This document shows, piece after piece, positions 26,855-38,800 of a stretch of DNA of 64,000 nucleotides. The notes beneath the pieces were generated by a model. The model made no database searches and had not been told where the DNA came from. It was given only the letters and a program-made list of their open reading frames with translations. How positions within the stretch are numbered: the stretch's first letter is position 1; each line of letters opens with the position of its first letter. A program made the position numbers and the translations under genes. This DNA is from an uncultured virus (IMG/VR IMGVR_UViG_3300010346_002377) (lineage: Duplodnaviria; Heunggongvirae; Uroviricota; Caudoviricetes), in IMG/VR virus record IMGVR_UViG_3300010346_002377; one strand, given 5' to 3'.

Positions 26855-29800
26855 ATGTACGATTCGATCGAGTCCTTAGCAAGCGGGTTCAAGGCACAAA
26901 ATCCAGAGGCGGAAAACTGGGGCCCCAACACCACCTATTCGGCTTTGGTGTGGGTCAACCCGGAAACCAGGAACCTGGTGACCGGGTCCCCGGCTCCGAA
27001 GTATTCCAATCCCGACGAGTTTCTCCTTGGATACCGCGACGCCAACCGCGCCCGGTTTGCTTCTGCCCCGGATTCCGTCGTTCTCGACGACATGCGTACC
27101 CGCTTTCCCGTGCTGTACGACGCCTGGGGATATGGGAAGAAGGCGAAGGAGAACGAGTCCGCGCTCGTGCGGGAGGACGAAGAAACCCCGGAGGAGAAGC
27201 GGGCGAAGGAGTACGAGTCGATGTTTGGGCAGTGGTACGGCAAGCTGCCTACGCGCCCGCTCGACGAGTACGAGGCGGGCAAGCCGCTGCTGGAGCTCGG
27301 GAAGAAAAACTTGAAGGGCCGGGCGGGGTTCTTCGAGGGGCTCGCCGGGCAGCGCGCTTCGGACTGGGTCCCGTACGGGGAAATCGTTACTACCGTCGGA
27401 GACTTGGCCTCCATAACGGCCATCGGGAAGCGCATGCAGTCCGACCCGGAGTCGGTGTCCGACGAGGACACGATCAAGTTCAACTTGTTCATGCAGCGGT
27501 CGAAGCGGCTCGACGAAGGCGGGTGGAGGGCGCTGGCCGGCGACATTACGCGGACTAGCGCGATGCTCGGGCTTGAAACGCTGGCGACGTGCGGCGTCGG
27601 GGCCGCCGTCTCCATCCTCGGGCGCGTGTCGCAAGTCGGCGCCAAGGCCGGCGGCAAGGCGGCGCTCAAGGTGCTCGGCCGCGAGCTCCGGGAGGCCGGC
27701 GCGGATCTGGCGAAGAAAAAAGTGGCGGTCAAGCTGGCCCAGAAAGGCGTAGACTCCACAAAAAAGAAGGCGGCGGGGGGTCTGGCCGACGACGCCGCCT
27801 CCGCTGCGGCAAGCAATTTGGCAGCGGCGCAGGCCGACCTGGCCGCGGCCTCCGCGCGCATGTCCGCCCTGAAGGCCGCCGACGGGGCGGACACGTTTCT
27901 CGGGCGTCTGGCGGAACGGACGTGGTCGGAGCTGGCCGACGTCGGAATGGTGCCCACGAACTTGACCGGATTTTCGAAGTGGCTGAACGCGCACAAGGTC
28001 GGGGCGGCCGGCGTCAGGCAACTGGGGCAGATGGCGAGCGAGGCCGCGGCCGGGCTGCCCGGCGGCGCGCTGACCGCCGGGCTGGCCGGGCTCGGGGCGA
28101 TGGCGCTTCCGGCCGCCTTCCAGACCGGGACCAAAACGGCGATCGAGATGCTGGCTTCCGCCGCATCCGGCAACGAGCCTACGACTTCGGCCGCCGCGCG
28201 CTACCAGCTGCAGCGGATGTTCGAGGGCAAGGACGAGGGGCACGCGTTCGCCGCGGGGCTCGGCGACATGTTCATCGAGTATTGGTCCGAGTTCTCCGGC
28301 GGCGCCCTGATGGACATGATGGGCGCGGGGCTCGGCAAGCTGCCGCTGGTCGGCGGCGTGGGCCGTTCGCTGGCGAAGGCCGGCATCGCGGAACGAGTCG
28401 GAGCGGCCATGGTAAACACCCTTACGGAGGCGGCCCCGAAGGCGGCCGCCGCGGGGGTCAAGGACAAGATCGCGGCCACCATACTCCGCGTGGCGCGCAC
28501 TGGCTTCGCCACTGAGACCGGGAAGCTGGTGGACACTCCGTTCATGAGCTTCATGCGCGACGCCATGTACGACGGCGTGTTCGGCGAATGGCTGGAAGAA
28601 CGCTTCGGCGGGTTTTTGCGCGGCGTTACCGGGTTGCAGGGCGACGACCAGAAGTCGTATCTCGCAAACATCATGGAGCAAACGATGCCGGCGAACTCGG
28701 ACCAGGCGATCGCCGAGCTCGTTGCGTTTTCGTTGCCCGTTGGAGTCAACGCCGGCATGCGGCAAGCGTACCGCGTGTTCGAAAACGACAGCATGACGAA
28801 GAACTTCGAGGATGTCCAGAAGCGCGTCGTGCAGAACCTCGAGCTGATCCAAGAGGCGAGCCGGTCCGTGGAGGACAACCTGCTCAAGACGCACGTCGAG
28901 CAATCGGCCAAGGCGTTCAAAAAAACGCAGGAGGAAGAGCGCCAAGCCGAGCTCCGCGACGCGATGGCCAAAAAGCTGGCGTGGCTGGAAAACGAGAAAG
29001 CCAGCCGGGACGCTGGAAATGCTCCAGCGGCGGCGCCGGCGATGGCGGAAGACGCCGAAATTGTGGCCGCGCGCTCCGGGCTCGCCGCCGCGGAAAAGAC
29101 GCTGAACGACGCGGAGGCGGCCATCGACGCGGAGATGGAGCGTCTGCGTGAGGCCGGCGCGCCCCCGACCAGCGAGACCAAGACAAAGCTGGAAGCGGCC
29201 GCCGAGGCGGCGCGGGCCGAGATCGCTCGGCTGAACGCGGTGCTGGGGGCCGCGCCCGCCGCAACGCCGCTCACCGACGAAGCGCTGGACGCGGAAATAG
29301 AGTCCGCCAAGATCAACTTGTCCCGGTTCATCGTGCCCGGGGAAGGCGCGGCGCGGGCCGACGCGTCCCTCAAGGCGCGGAGCGAGCGCGACGAGAAGGT
29401 GGCGGCGGAGCGCGAATCCGCGAAAGTAAAGCGCGGGGCGTTCGGGCGCACCGTCGAATCGCTGGCTGGCCGAATCGGGCCGGAGTACAGCAAGTTCCGG
29501 GGGCTGCTCGACGGGCTCGTCGAGAGCGTGATGCGCGGGAAGTTTGGGTCCATCGTGACCAACGCGCCCGCCGAAGCGGTCGCGGAAGAGCTGAGGGCGG
29601 AGATCGAAAGGCGCGGAAAAGACGCAGGGCTCGACGTCACAAAAATACTGGAGCGGGTCACCCCCGAAACCGTGGCGCACTTGTCCGCGGCGTACACCGG
29701 GGCGGCGGCCCTCCGGAAAGAGGCCGACGCCATCCTGCGGCGCGGGGCCGCCCTGTCGGCGGAGCTCGGGGCCATCCGCGGCGTCCGCGGCATGGCGCTG

Positions 29801-32800
29801 TCCGTAGCCAATAGCATCTTGTCCCACACGATGGGGCTCAGCATCTACACCGCGGCGCAGTCGAAGGCGGCGGGGATCGGCGACCGGACAATGATTGGCC
29901 GCACGTTCGGCGAGCTGGCGGTGCGCACCGGGTTCGTCCCGGTGCTCGGAAACGAGCTGCACACCCTTCTGGTGGACAAAATTTCCGGCCTGCGCGACTC
30001 CGACGAATCCAGGGATGAGCGGATTGACCAATGGATAACGGAAGCGGCCGCGCGCGTGGCGGCCCACGCCATGCACAGCGCCCGGCTGTACAATTACGGA
30101 AGCGGACTCTCGGAGCGCGAGCGCCGGGTTCTCAAGGCCGGGCTGGACACCCTCGGCATGACCGACAAAACTCCGGACGACGTCGTCGGCGCGTTTCGAG
30201 CCGACATTGCGGAGTCGCGCGGAGCCCGCGTTTCGCAGGTCACCCCCGCGGCGCCCCGCGGATACGCTCCTGGTCAAGGCATGGACCCCAACATGCAGGT
30301 CCTCGTCGGGGTGCTGGCGCTCCTTCGCAACCTGTCACCGGCGACCATCGACCTCGACAACCCGGCGACGGTCGCGGCCGTCGACGCGATCGTCGCATTC
30401 TCGGCCGCCGCCAAGGCGACGGACGCGCGGGCCAAGCTGGTGGGCTCGCTCGCGTCCAAGCTGGCGCAAGTTCGCGGGAGAGACGCGGCGGAGCCGGTCG
30501 ACGTGGCGCGCGCCCAGCTGCTTTTCGCAGGAGTCTTTGCGCGGGCAACTTCCCGCCGGGCCACGCAGGAACTGTTCAGTTCTCCGACGGACGCCAAGGT
30601 GCTGTTGTCGGAGCTCGCCGCCATCTCCGCGGCGGTCCGCGATTCCGAACTGGAGGGGGCGCAGAAAGCCGCCGACGCGTTTCTGACCGTGTTCAATGTG
30701 TTTTCCCTGCACGGGGCGTCGCTTGGGCCGGTGTCGGACACGTTCCGTACAACGGGCGAGCCGGCCCCCGGCAACTTGGCCGACGCGATCGCTTCTTTGT
30801 ATATCGGCGAACCGTCGCAGGTCGGCTGGGAGCCTGGGCCCGAGGTGCTCTCGATCGCCGCCGCGAGCGGCGTCGACATCACGAACCGGGTGGCGGTCGC
30901 CGCGTTTGTGGCCAACGCCGCCAACGCGCTTCGCGTAGCGGAGGAGTCGCTCGCGGCAACCGTCGCGCCGGTTGTCGGGCGCACCCTGGAGGTGACCCGG
31001 AACGGCAAGTACGAGGAGGCCACCGTGCTGGAGGCAAACGACTACACGGTGAAAGTGAGGTTTGCCGACGGAACCGAGCGCGCTTTGGCGCGCACGGAGC
31101 TCGACGACCCAAGCTCCGTGCGCCCGGCCCCCGTGATCCGGAAGTTTGTGCTCGTGCCCGGCGTCAGGACGTACGTGGGCACGCGAAAAGCGATCGACGA
31201 GATGCTCGGAGGGCAGCAGTCGCGCGAGCTGGCCCCGCACATTTACGCGAGGGAAGACCGGGAGGAGAGCCCGGACGACATCTTTATGTTGCAGGAGGGC
31301 GCCGTAAACGACCCCGGCACGGGCGAAGTTCGGTTTTCCATTCTCGGGCACGGCGGGCTCGCCGGGCTCGCGGAAGACACCTTCGAAATTATATGGCGGC
31401 AGGCCAGCCCGCTGGACGACGGGATGGACATTCCGGCCGCCCTGCTGCCGTATTTTAAGACGATGCTCGAGGTGCTCGCCAGAGCGGCGCCCAATAAAAA
31501 GTCGGCCGGCGACTTCGCCAGAAAGTATTTGGAGACCGCGCTCGGAGAGCTGGAAGCCCCTGCCGGCTCCGAGGCCAACGCCCGCGGGCGCCGGTCGCTC
31601 TTCGAGTTTCTTATCAAGGCCGCCGTGCTGTACAAGGCCGACCACAATTTGGTGCGCGACCACGAAAACCGACCGTCGGTGTTCTCGCTGGCGGCGGAGG
31701 TGCACGCGGCCTATTCCGCGCTTGGCCTGTCGGAGGACGCCAAGAAAACCGAGGGGTCTGCCGCTACGTCGCAGGACCAGGCGGCGTTCATCAAAATAAT
31801 CCACGACGAGCTCAAAAAGCGTGGGCTTACGGACGCGCTGCTCGCGTCGCTCATGTACCGCGGGGCCGTGACCGAGTGGGTCGATTTGCCCGGCGCCGAG
31901 GGCGCCCGCGCCCGCAAGCAGGAGGCCGCGTCCAGCCGGCTTTCCCGCAAGAAGGAGCCAAAAACGTACGCCGGAGCCATCCCTTCCAAGATTCCGCCCG
32001 GGTCGCTGGCCGTGGTAAAAAACGACGACGGCTCCCTTCGCGTGGTGAAGACGGCGGCGGCCGGCGCCGTCGCGCGGTCCGGGGGCATCCGGACCGTCCC
32101 GTTGGAGCAATCCATTCCGGCCCCGACGGTCACGTCGTCCGGGGTCGTCGCGCACGGAGGCGCGGACGTCGGGCGGCGCGTGGCCCCGCTGGGCCCGACG
32201 GCGCGCGTCGCCCAGGTAGAGGAAGCAGGGCCGGTGCGCGATGCCGTGCTGGCTTACACCGAGGCCATGGACGCGCGCATAAAGTTTCTGAGCGAAACGA
32301 CCGTCAAACTTTTGGATGGCGCCGAGGCTACGCTTTACCAGCTGTTGCTTACTCGAAAAGGAAGGGACGCCGTGGCCGCGCTAGGTTTAACGGGGTCGCA
32401 CGAGTCCCTTGTGCAAGCGCTGACCAACCACACGGGGACCGCGCCAGAGGTTGTCGCTGGCTACAAGGACGTCGACGACGCGCTCGTCGCGGCGTGGGAC
32501 GCGCTGGAGCGGGCGGTAGCCGCGGCCAATTTGCCGTTCGGGTCCCCGTTTTCCGCGGTATACGGGAGCAACATGCACACGGACCCCGTGGTAAGGCCCG
32601 ACCAGGTCGTGGAGCCCTACACGGACCCCAAGACAAGCAAGCAGCGTTGGCGCGTGCGACCCGGAAAAATGTTTTCCTTCGTAACCGGGTACCTCGGCAA
32701 ATTTGCCGGCGGTGAATCGGTGCAGGACGTAAGGCGGCGTGGCGGCGCCGATGCCCTGCGGCTCAACACGGCCCTCGAATCCGGCGAAGTAGTCGGCGAG

Positions 32801-35800
32801 TTGGTCGCGGCGTTGCTGTCCGACCGCTCGGCCCCGATCCCCGGGAACGCGGCGCTGACGGCGCTGCGGGACGCGCTGTTCGAAGGCGCCCCCAGCAACG
32901 CGGTGGCGTCCGTCGAGCCTGTGCTCCGCGACGCCGGCGACGGTCCCGGGTTTGTGACAATGGTCGACCTTCTAATAACGTGGAAAGACACCGCCGGACA
33001 GAGCCGGTTTCGCCATGTCGAGATCAAGACGCGCGCCGCCCCGAAGGGCGCGAATCCGGCGGCCACGCAGACCAACTATTACTGGGAGACGCAGCCGAAT
33101 CACAAAATTTCGGAGCGGGACAAAAACATCCTGCAGACGTACATCACGCACAAGATGCTGACCGACCACGGCTTCGTCGGGGACTCTTACCTGCTCAACG
33201 TTGGCGTCCCGGGCGGGGCCGCCGACGCCGGCAAGCTGCTGGCGGCAAACATCAGCATATTGAACCCGGACAGAACCGGAGCCTCGACCGTTACGGCCGG
33301 CGACATCGCGCGAAGCGGGCTGTCCGCCGCGACCGTGCACGTGTCCGACTTGCTCCGCGATCAAAAAGAACGCGCGCTGCTGGAAAACATGCGAGCCGCG
33401 GTTCTTGCGTTGCTCCCACAGAGCGAGGCTCCCGCGGCGACCCCGCCTCCGAGCACGCCTCCGAGCACGCTTCCGAGCGCGGCTTCAATCCCCGCCACCG
33501 CGCCAGAGGCCCCGCCCTCCGAGCGCGAGGCCGTCGACGCGCGCGATAAGGCGGAGCTCGAGGCTCTCAAAAAGGCCGTTAAGGAGGAACTCGAAAAGTC
33601 TGCGACCGCGGCCGCGCTGGCCCGACATCTAGCAGACTTGGCGGCTACGGACGCCGCGGGCGCCGCACGTAGGGCCAACCCAGCCGACGAGTCGCTGGAT
33701 GCCGCTTATAGGGCGGCTATTCTAAAGGAGGACGCTTCCAAGGAAGAGTTCCTTAAAACGATTACGGAAAATACGGTGGCGGACGCGGTCGAGGCAATCC
33801 CGGCGGAATACGATTCGTTGATTGAAGACATGGCCGCCCCCGTAAGGGTGCTTGGCGGGCTTCGGGCGGCGGCGCCCTCCGCCATCGACAAGCTGTACAT
33901 GGCCGCCTACAAGAAGAAATTCACGGATGGGCGGACCATAGAGTTCGTGGCGCCCGGCACCGGGTTTCTCAACCCGCTACACGCCAGGGACGGTACCGGC
34001 CTTGTAGTCAAAGGTACTTATTCGTACCTCATTAAACAAAAAGACGGGACGATTTACAGAAAAGCGAGGGTGCTCGTCGAGGGCGGAGAGGCCCGCGAAA
34101 AAGAACTCACCGCCCTTTTCGCGAAGCCCGCGCCGGAGGCGGAGCCTTCCGAGGCGGAGAAGTCGCCTGCTCCCGCGGCGACCCCGCCTCCGAGCACGCC
34201 TCCGAGCACGCTTCAGAGCACGCCTCCGAGCACGCTTCCGACCCCGCCTCCGAGCCCCGGCTCCGATGATTTCGAAGGGTTCTACGACCCGCGCCTGCCA
34301 ACCAAATCCACGACCCCGGGGCCGGTTGTGGCCGTCGCGAGCGCGGAAGTTACGGAAGGAAGCAAGCTGGTGGTTGGCGGCGGCGACGAGCACCGGCTCG
34401 TGATGGAGGCGCTGCGGCGCGTCGTCGGATCGGACGACCAGAAAACTTCGAGCAAGAAGGCCGGCGCCCTGCTGGCGGCGCTAAGCGTCGGCTTTGCGCA
34501 GGCCGTTAGCTCCAAGAAAGCAAACAAAACCCACGTTCGTACGTTCTACACCGCTTACCTGGAAGCCGCGAAACTGGGTTCCGGAAGGCAGCCCGCCGGG
34601 CTGCCCGGCGTTGTTGCGGCGATGGCGGCGCGCCCCGTCGGCGAAAACCCCGAACTGGAGCGGGCCGTCGCAGAGCTGTCGGCACCGCTGGTAAGCATGC
34701 TCATGTCTCCGTTCTTCGCCCAAACGCGCAAGCGCGTGGGGCTGACCGAGACCGCCTTGTCGCTTCCGGAGGCGTTCGCGGCCGCGGCGCTGGCCCTGCG
34801 GTTGCACCGCTCGCCCGCCATGATGGCCCACGGAGCCGAGTATGCTCTGGCCGGCGCCGCCAAAACCGCCTCGGACGCGGACCGGGCCGCACTCAAAAAA
34901 ATCATTGATCTTGTGGGCGCGCTGGACAAAAACGCGGCGCTGGCGGAGGAGCTTGCGCGAGCCGCCGCGCTTTCGCGAATGCACGAGTTTATGGGAGCCC
35001 CGGCCGGCGGGCTGGCGGAGGTTGTCGGCGCAATGGAAGCCGCCGCTCCGGCGTCCATCGCCGACCTGGCCCAGGAAGTTACCGACACGTACGACGGCGA
35101 CAAGCGCGCCGTGGCCCTGGCGGAAGACAACCGGGACCAGGTGGAGCTGCTCGGGAGGCTGGTCGCCGGGGTTCTGCCGTCGGCCCTGGCGACTTCGGAC
35201 ACCCTGAACTACATGCTGTCCGACCGCGACGTGTACGATGCGTACGCGTACCAGGCGAACCTGCAGGCGTTGCAGGATCTCGAGAAGCAGCACGGCGCGG
35301 ACCTCGGAGCGGCCGGGTACCCGGCGCACCCGATGGCAGGCCGCGTTCGCCCGCTCAAGTTGGAGAAGTTCGAAAACGATTTCCTCGACGCGGCCGCGAT
35401 AGCCGGAATGTCCTACGCGCAGTTTGCCAAGTTGATGCACGCGGCCCGAGAGCGCCAGATACAGCTGCTGGAAATCGACATGGCGACGCTGGAGCTCGGT
35501 CCGGCGCGCGGGTCGGCCGGGCAGTCGGCCGACATGTACCGGGCGTTTGCGGCGTCGCTGCCGGCCGTGTTGCTGGCCCCGCGCACAGCGCAGGATTTCC
35601 ATAACGAGGCCGCCGCGATCGAGTTGTTCGCGAAAGCAGCGATCGGGAAAAGCAAGAGCGGAGTCGAGATGCCCCTCGGCGCGGTGTTCCCCCTGCTTAG
35701 CGGGTACGTCCGCGCCGAGCGCGCCCGGGCCGCCGGGCAGTCCCCGGCCGAGATGGCGGCCGACGACAAAGAGAGTTTCGACCGCGCGCTGGCCGCGGCA

Positions 35801-38800
35801 CCGAGACTCGTGGCGAAGGCGTTTTCCATAATGGTGGACGCGCTGAAGCTGGCCGGGGTGGATCGGACAAATCCAGAAATGTTTGGCCAGTTTGTAGCGT
35901 TGTCGGACGGAGGGACCGTAGGGAACCTGCCGGCGTCCAGCCGCGCGGCGATGGGCGCATACGCCGCGGGCATGCTGGACGCATGGGCAAAAGCGCACGA
36001 AGTCGCGAGCGTCGAAATGAAAAAAGCGAACGTGTCCAACGAGGCCGATCGCTACGCGGTCGGGGCGGCCGCGTTCGAGGCGGCGTTCGACCGGCTCGGC
36101 CGACCACGTCGAGACGAGCGCGCGCGTGGTCGCCGCCACCGGGCCGAATCGCTAATAGACGCCGCGTACGCCGGGCGCTACAGAAACGCGCACGTCGGAC
36201 ACAAGACGATCCCTACCGGAGTGGCCGTTCCCCCGGCGGCCGAGGCGCTGATGCGCAGCGGGGCCGTCCTCGACTTCTACCGGGTGGTATCCGCCAACAT
36301 CGGAGGCAGCGACCTCGGTGCAATCTCGATCAACGACCTGAGCGAGGCGCGGCTGAAGGACGCCATGGACGCCATCATAAGCAAAGCACGCCGGCTGGAC
36401 CCCGACGACGACTCGTCCCCCATGGTGCGCCTGGTCCCTATGCTTATGACCGACCGCTCCGCGCTGCTGGTGCTCGTGTTTCGCGAGGACGCGCTCAACG
36501 AGCGCGTGGCCGAAGTGGTGGCCGAGCTGACCCGGGAACTCGCGTCGGAGCCCGCCGGAGACCTGTACAACCAGATGAAGCGCGCGCTCGACGTGTACTC
36601 CGGAAGCACCTCGGACAAGCTGTTCGCGGCGGCGACCCTCATGGAAGCGGAGTCCACGTTCGGGAAAGCGGCGCTGCGCAGCTTGTTCTCCAATTCGGAA
36701 TACTTCAAGCGGTTCCGGCAGATCGTGTCGGGCGGGCGCCAGGTGCCAATGCTCAACACAAAAGAGCTGCCCGAAGGGATCATGCGGGTCTTGGCCGTTG
36801 GGAGCAAGGACCAGAAGGGGTTCAAGATCACCTGGGAACCGGAGTTCGACATTGGCAGCAGCGACTTCATCGGGGACGACTTAGACGGCGCGCTGATGCT
36901 GTTCGACGACGTGTTCTCGTTGATCGCCAGCGCGCTTGGCGAGGAGGGCGTGAGCTCGCTGAAAATAACGAACGTCGGATACCGCACGCTCGCCGCCGGG
37001 CACGCGCTGGGCGGCCGCGCCGTAATCACGCACATGAAGCCGATGGCCTTGAACCTGGACGAGTGGATAGAGACGGAGCGCGTGCGCAACAAGCATTCTT
37101 GCGGGAACCACGCATGGCCAAACTTCTATTCCATGTTCGCGGAAGCGTTCAAGGCCGCCCCGCAGTTCGAAGGGGTGCACGGGGTGGCGACCGGCGCCGT
37201 AAAGGTAGTGGCCGAAGGCACCGACGCAGAATCGAAAATACAGCGGCATGAGCTCCCGCTCATGTGGAATGGCAAGAAGGTCGCTACCGTTTCGTTCTAC
37301 GCGAGGGAAGCCATCGTGTTTGCGGAGACGTTCGCCCAGACCGCGTACATGGACAAGGAGTCGGAAGAGGCCGAGGACGAACTCAACAAGGGCACGATCG
37401 CCGCCCTGGCCGCCGCGCGCCCGGAGGTAGCCGCCGCGCTTGGCAACTGGCGCGCCCACCAGCAGCTGGCCGACAAGCTGCTGAGCGGGGCGGACGAGGC
37501 CGCTCGCGACGAAGCCGACACGATAAACGCGATCTCGGAATCGCTGGCCCTGTTCGACTTCGACGCGTTCCCGCAGTACGCAGAGCTGCTGCCGGCCGCG
37601 CACCCGTACCTGGAAAACATCTACCGCAACGTGCGGGTCAAAAAACTGGGGCGCCGGCTAACCCCGCAGATGAAGCGGGCCAAGGCCGTAATCATGGGCG
37701 ACCCGTACGGGTCGACCGGCGTCACCCCGACTATATTCGACGAGAAGGGCAACGTCGTGTCGGCGGCCACCTTCCGGTCAAACTCGAACAAATACTCCGG
37801 GCTGCAGGGGGCGATCCGCGTGCTGCGCGGGTTCCGCACCATCGCCGGAACGGAGCGCGACCTGTCCGATAGAGCCCTTCGCCGCAGGCTGGCCGCGGAG
37901 CTGCAGCTCGCGCTGGACATTTCGGAGGTGCCGAAGGACACGAAGTTGACGGAGTCGCAGATCGAGCAGATGAAGGGGCTCGACAAGTATTTTCGCGAAG
38001 AGTGGGGTGGGTCGCTGTCCTACCTTAAATCGCTCGCCGGACTGCGGGACCCGAGAAGCGGGCAAGTGGACGCCTCCGGGCTTGCGATGCGGCTCGACGA
38101 GCGCACCGGGGACATCCTCGTGTTCCCGACCGTTGGGTACATAAACCGCATTCCTACTTCGCCGTACGCGTCGCACGACGCCGCCTGGTACCTCGGGGCC
38201 GCCACCATGGTCGAGGGTTTCGAAATGGTGCGCGCGCAGGACGGGTCGGTTAAGAAGATGAAGCGCGCGGTCTCCGGGCGCAAGAACATCTCCATCATCC
38301 ACCCGGAAACGGCGCGGGTGTGGGGTTCGGACGTGGACGCGGACACGCTCAACATGACGTACATGGTTCCGCCGGGGCCCTGGGTGGGCGAAGCGGAGCT
38401 GCACAACTTGCCGGAAACCAGCGACCCGGCCGAGCTGCGCCGGCGCATGGCCTGGAACGCCTACTATTTTTCGTATCATTTGTATCGGGCTGCGCTGACG
38501 CAGCCGTGGGTGGCGATGGAAGGCCGCGGCTTGTTTGCCAACGTCGCCGACCATGTTGTCATCAAAGATTGGGGATCCTTGACCCCGGCGGCGGCGGGCC
38601 CCGGCGAGATCGGAGAGCAGGGCAAGCGGGCGCTGCACCCGTATTATGCGGTGCTGCCGGAAGTGGCGCTGCCTTTGGACGCAGTTGCCGGGCGGTCGGG
38701 CGGCCGAGGGCCTCTCGTGCTGGCGCAGGACATGGTTGCCGTGCTGTTGAACGAACTGCCGGAGGGCGGGCTGTTCAAGCAGGCCAGGGCCCCGTTCAAG

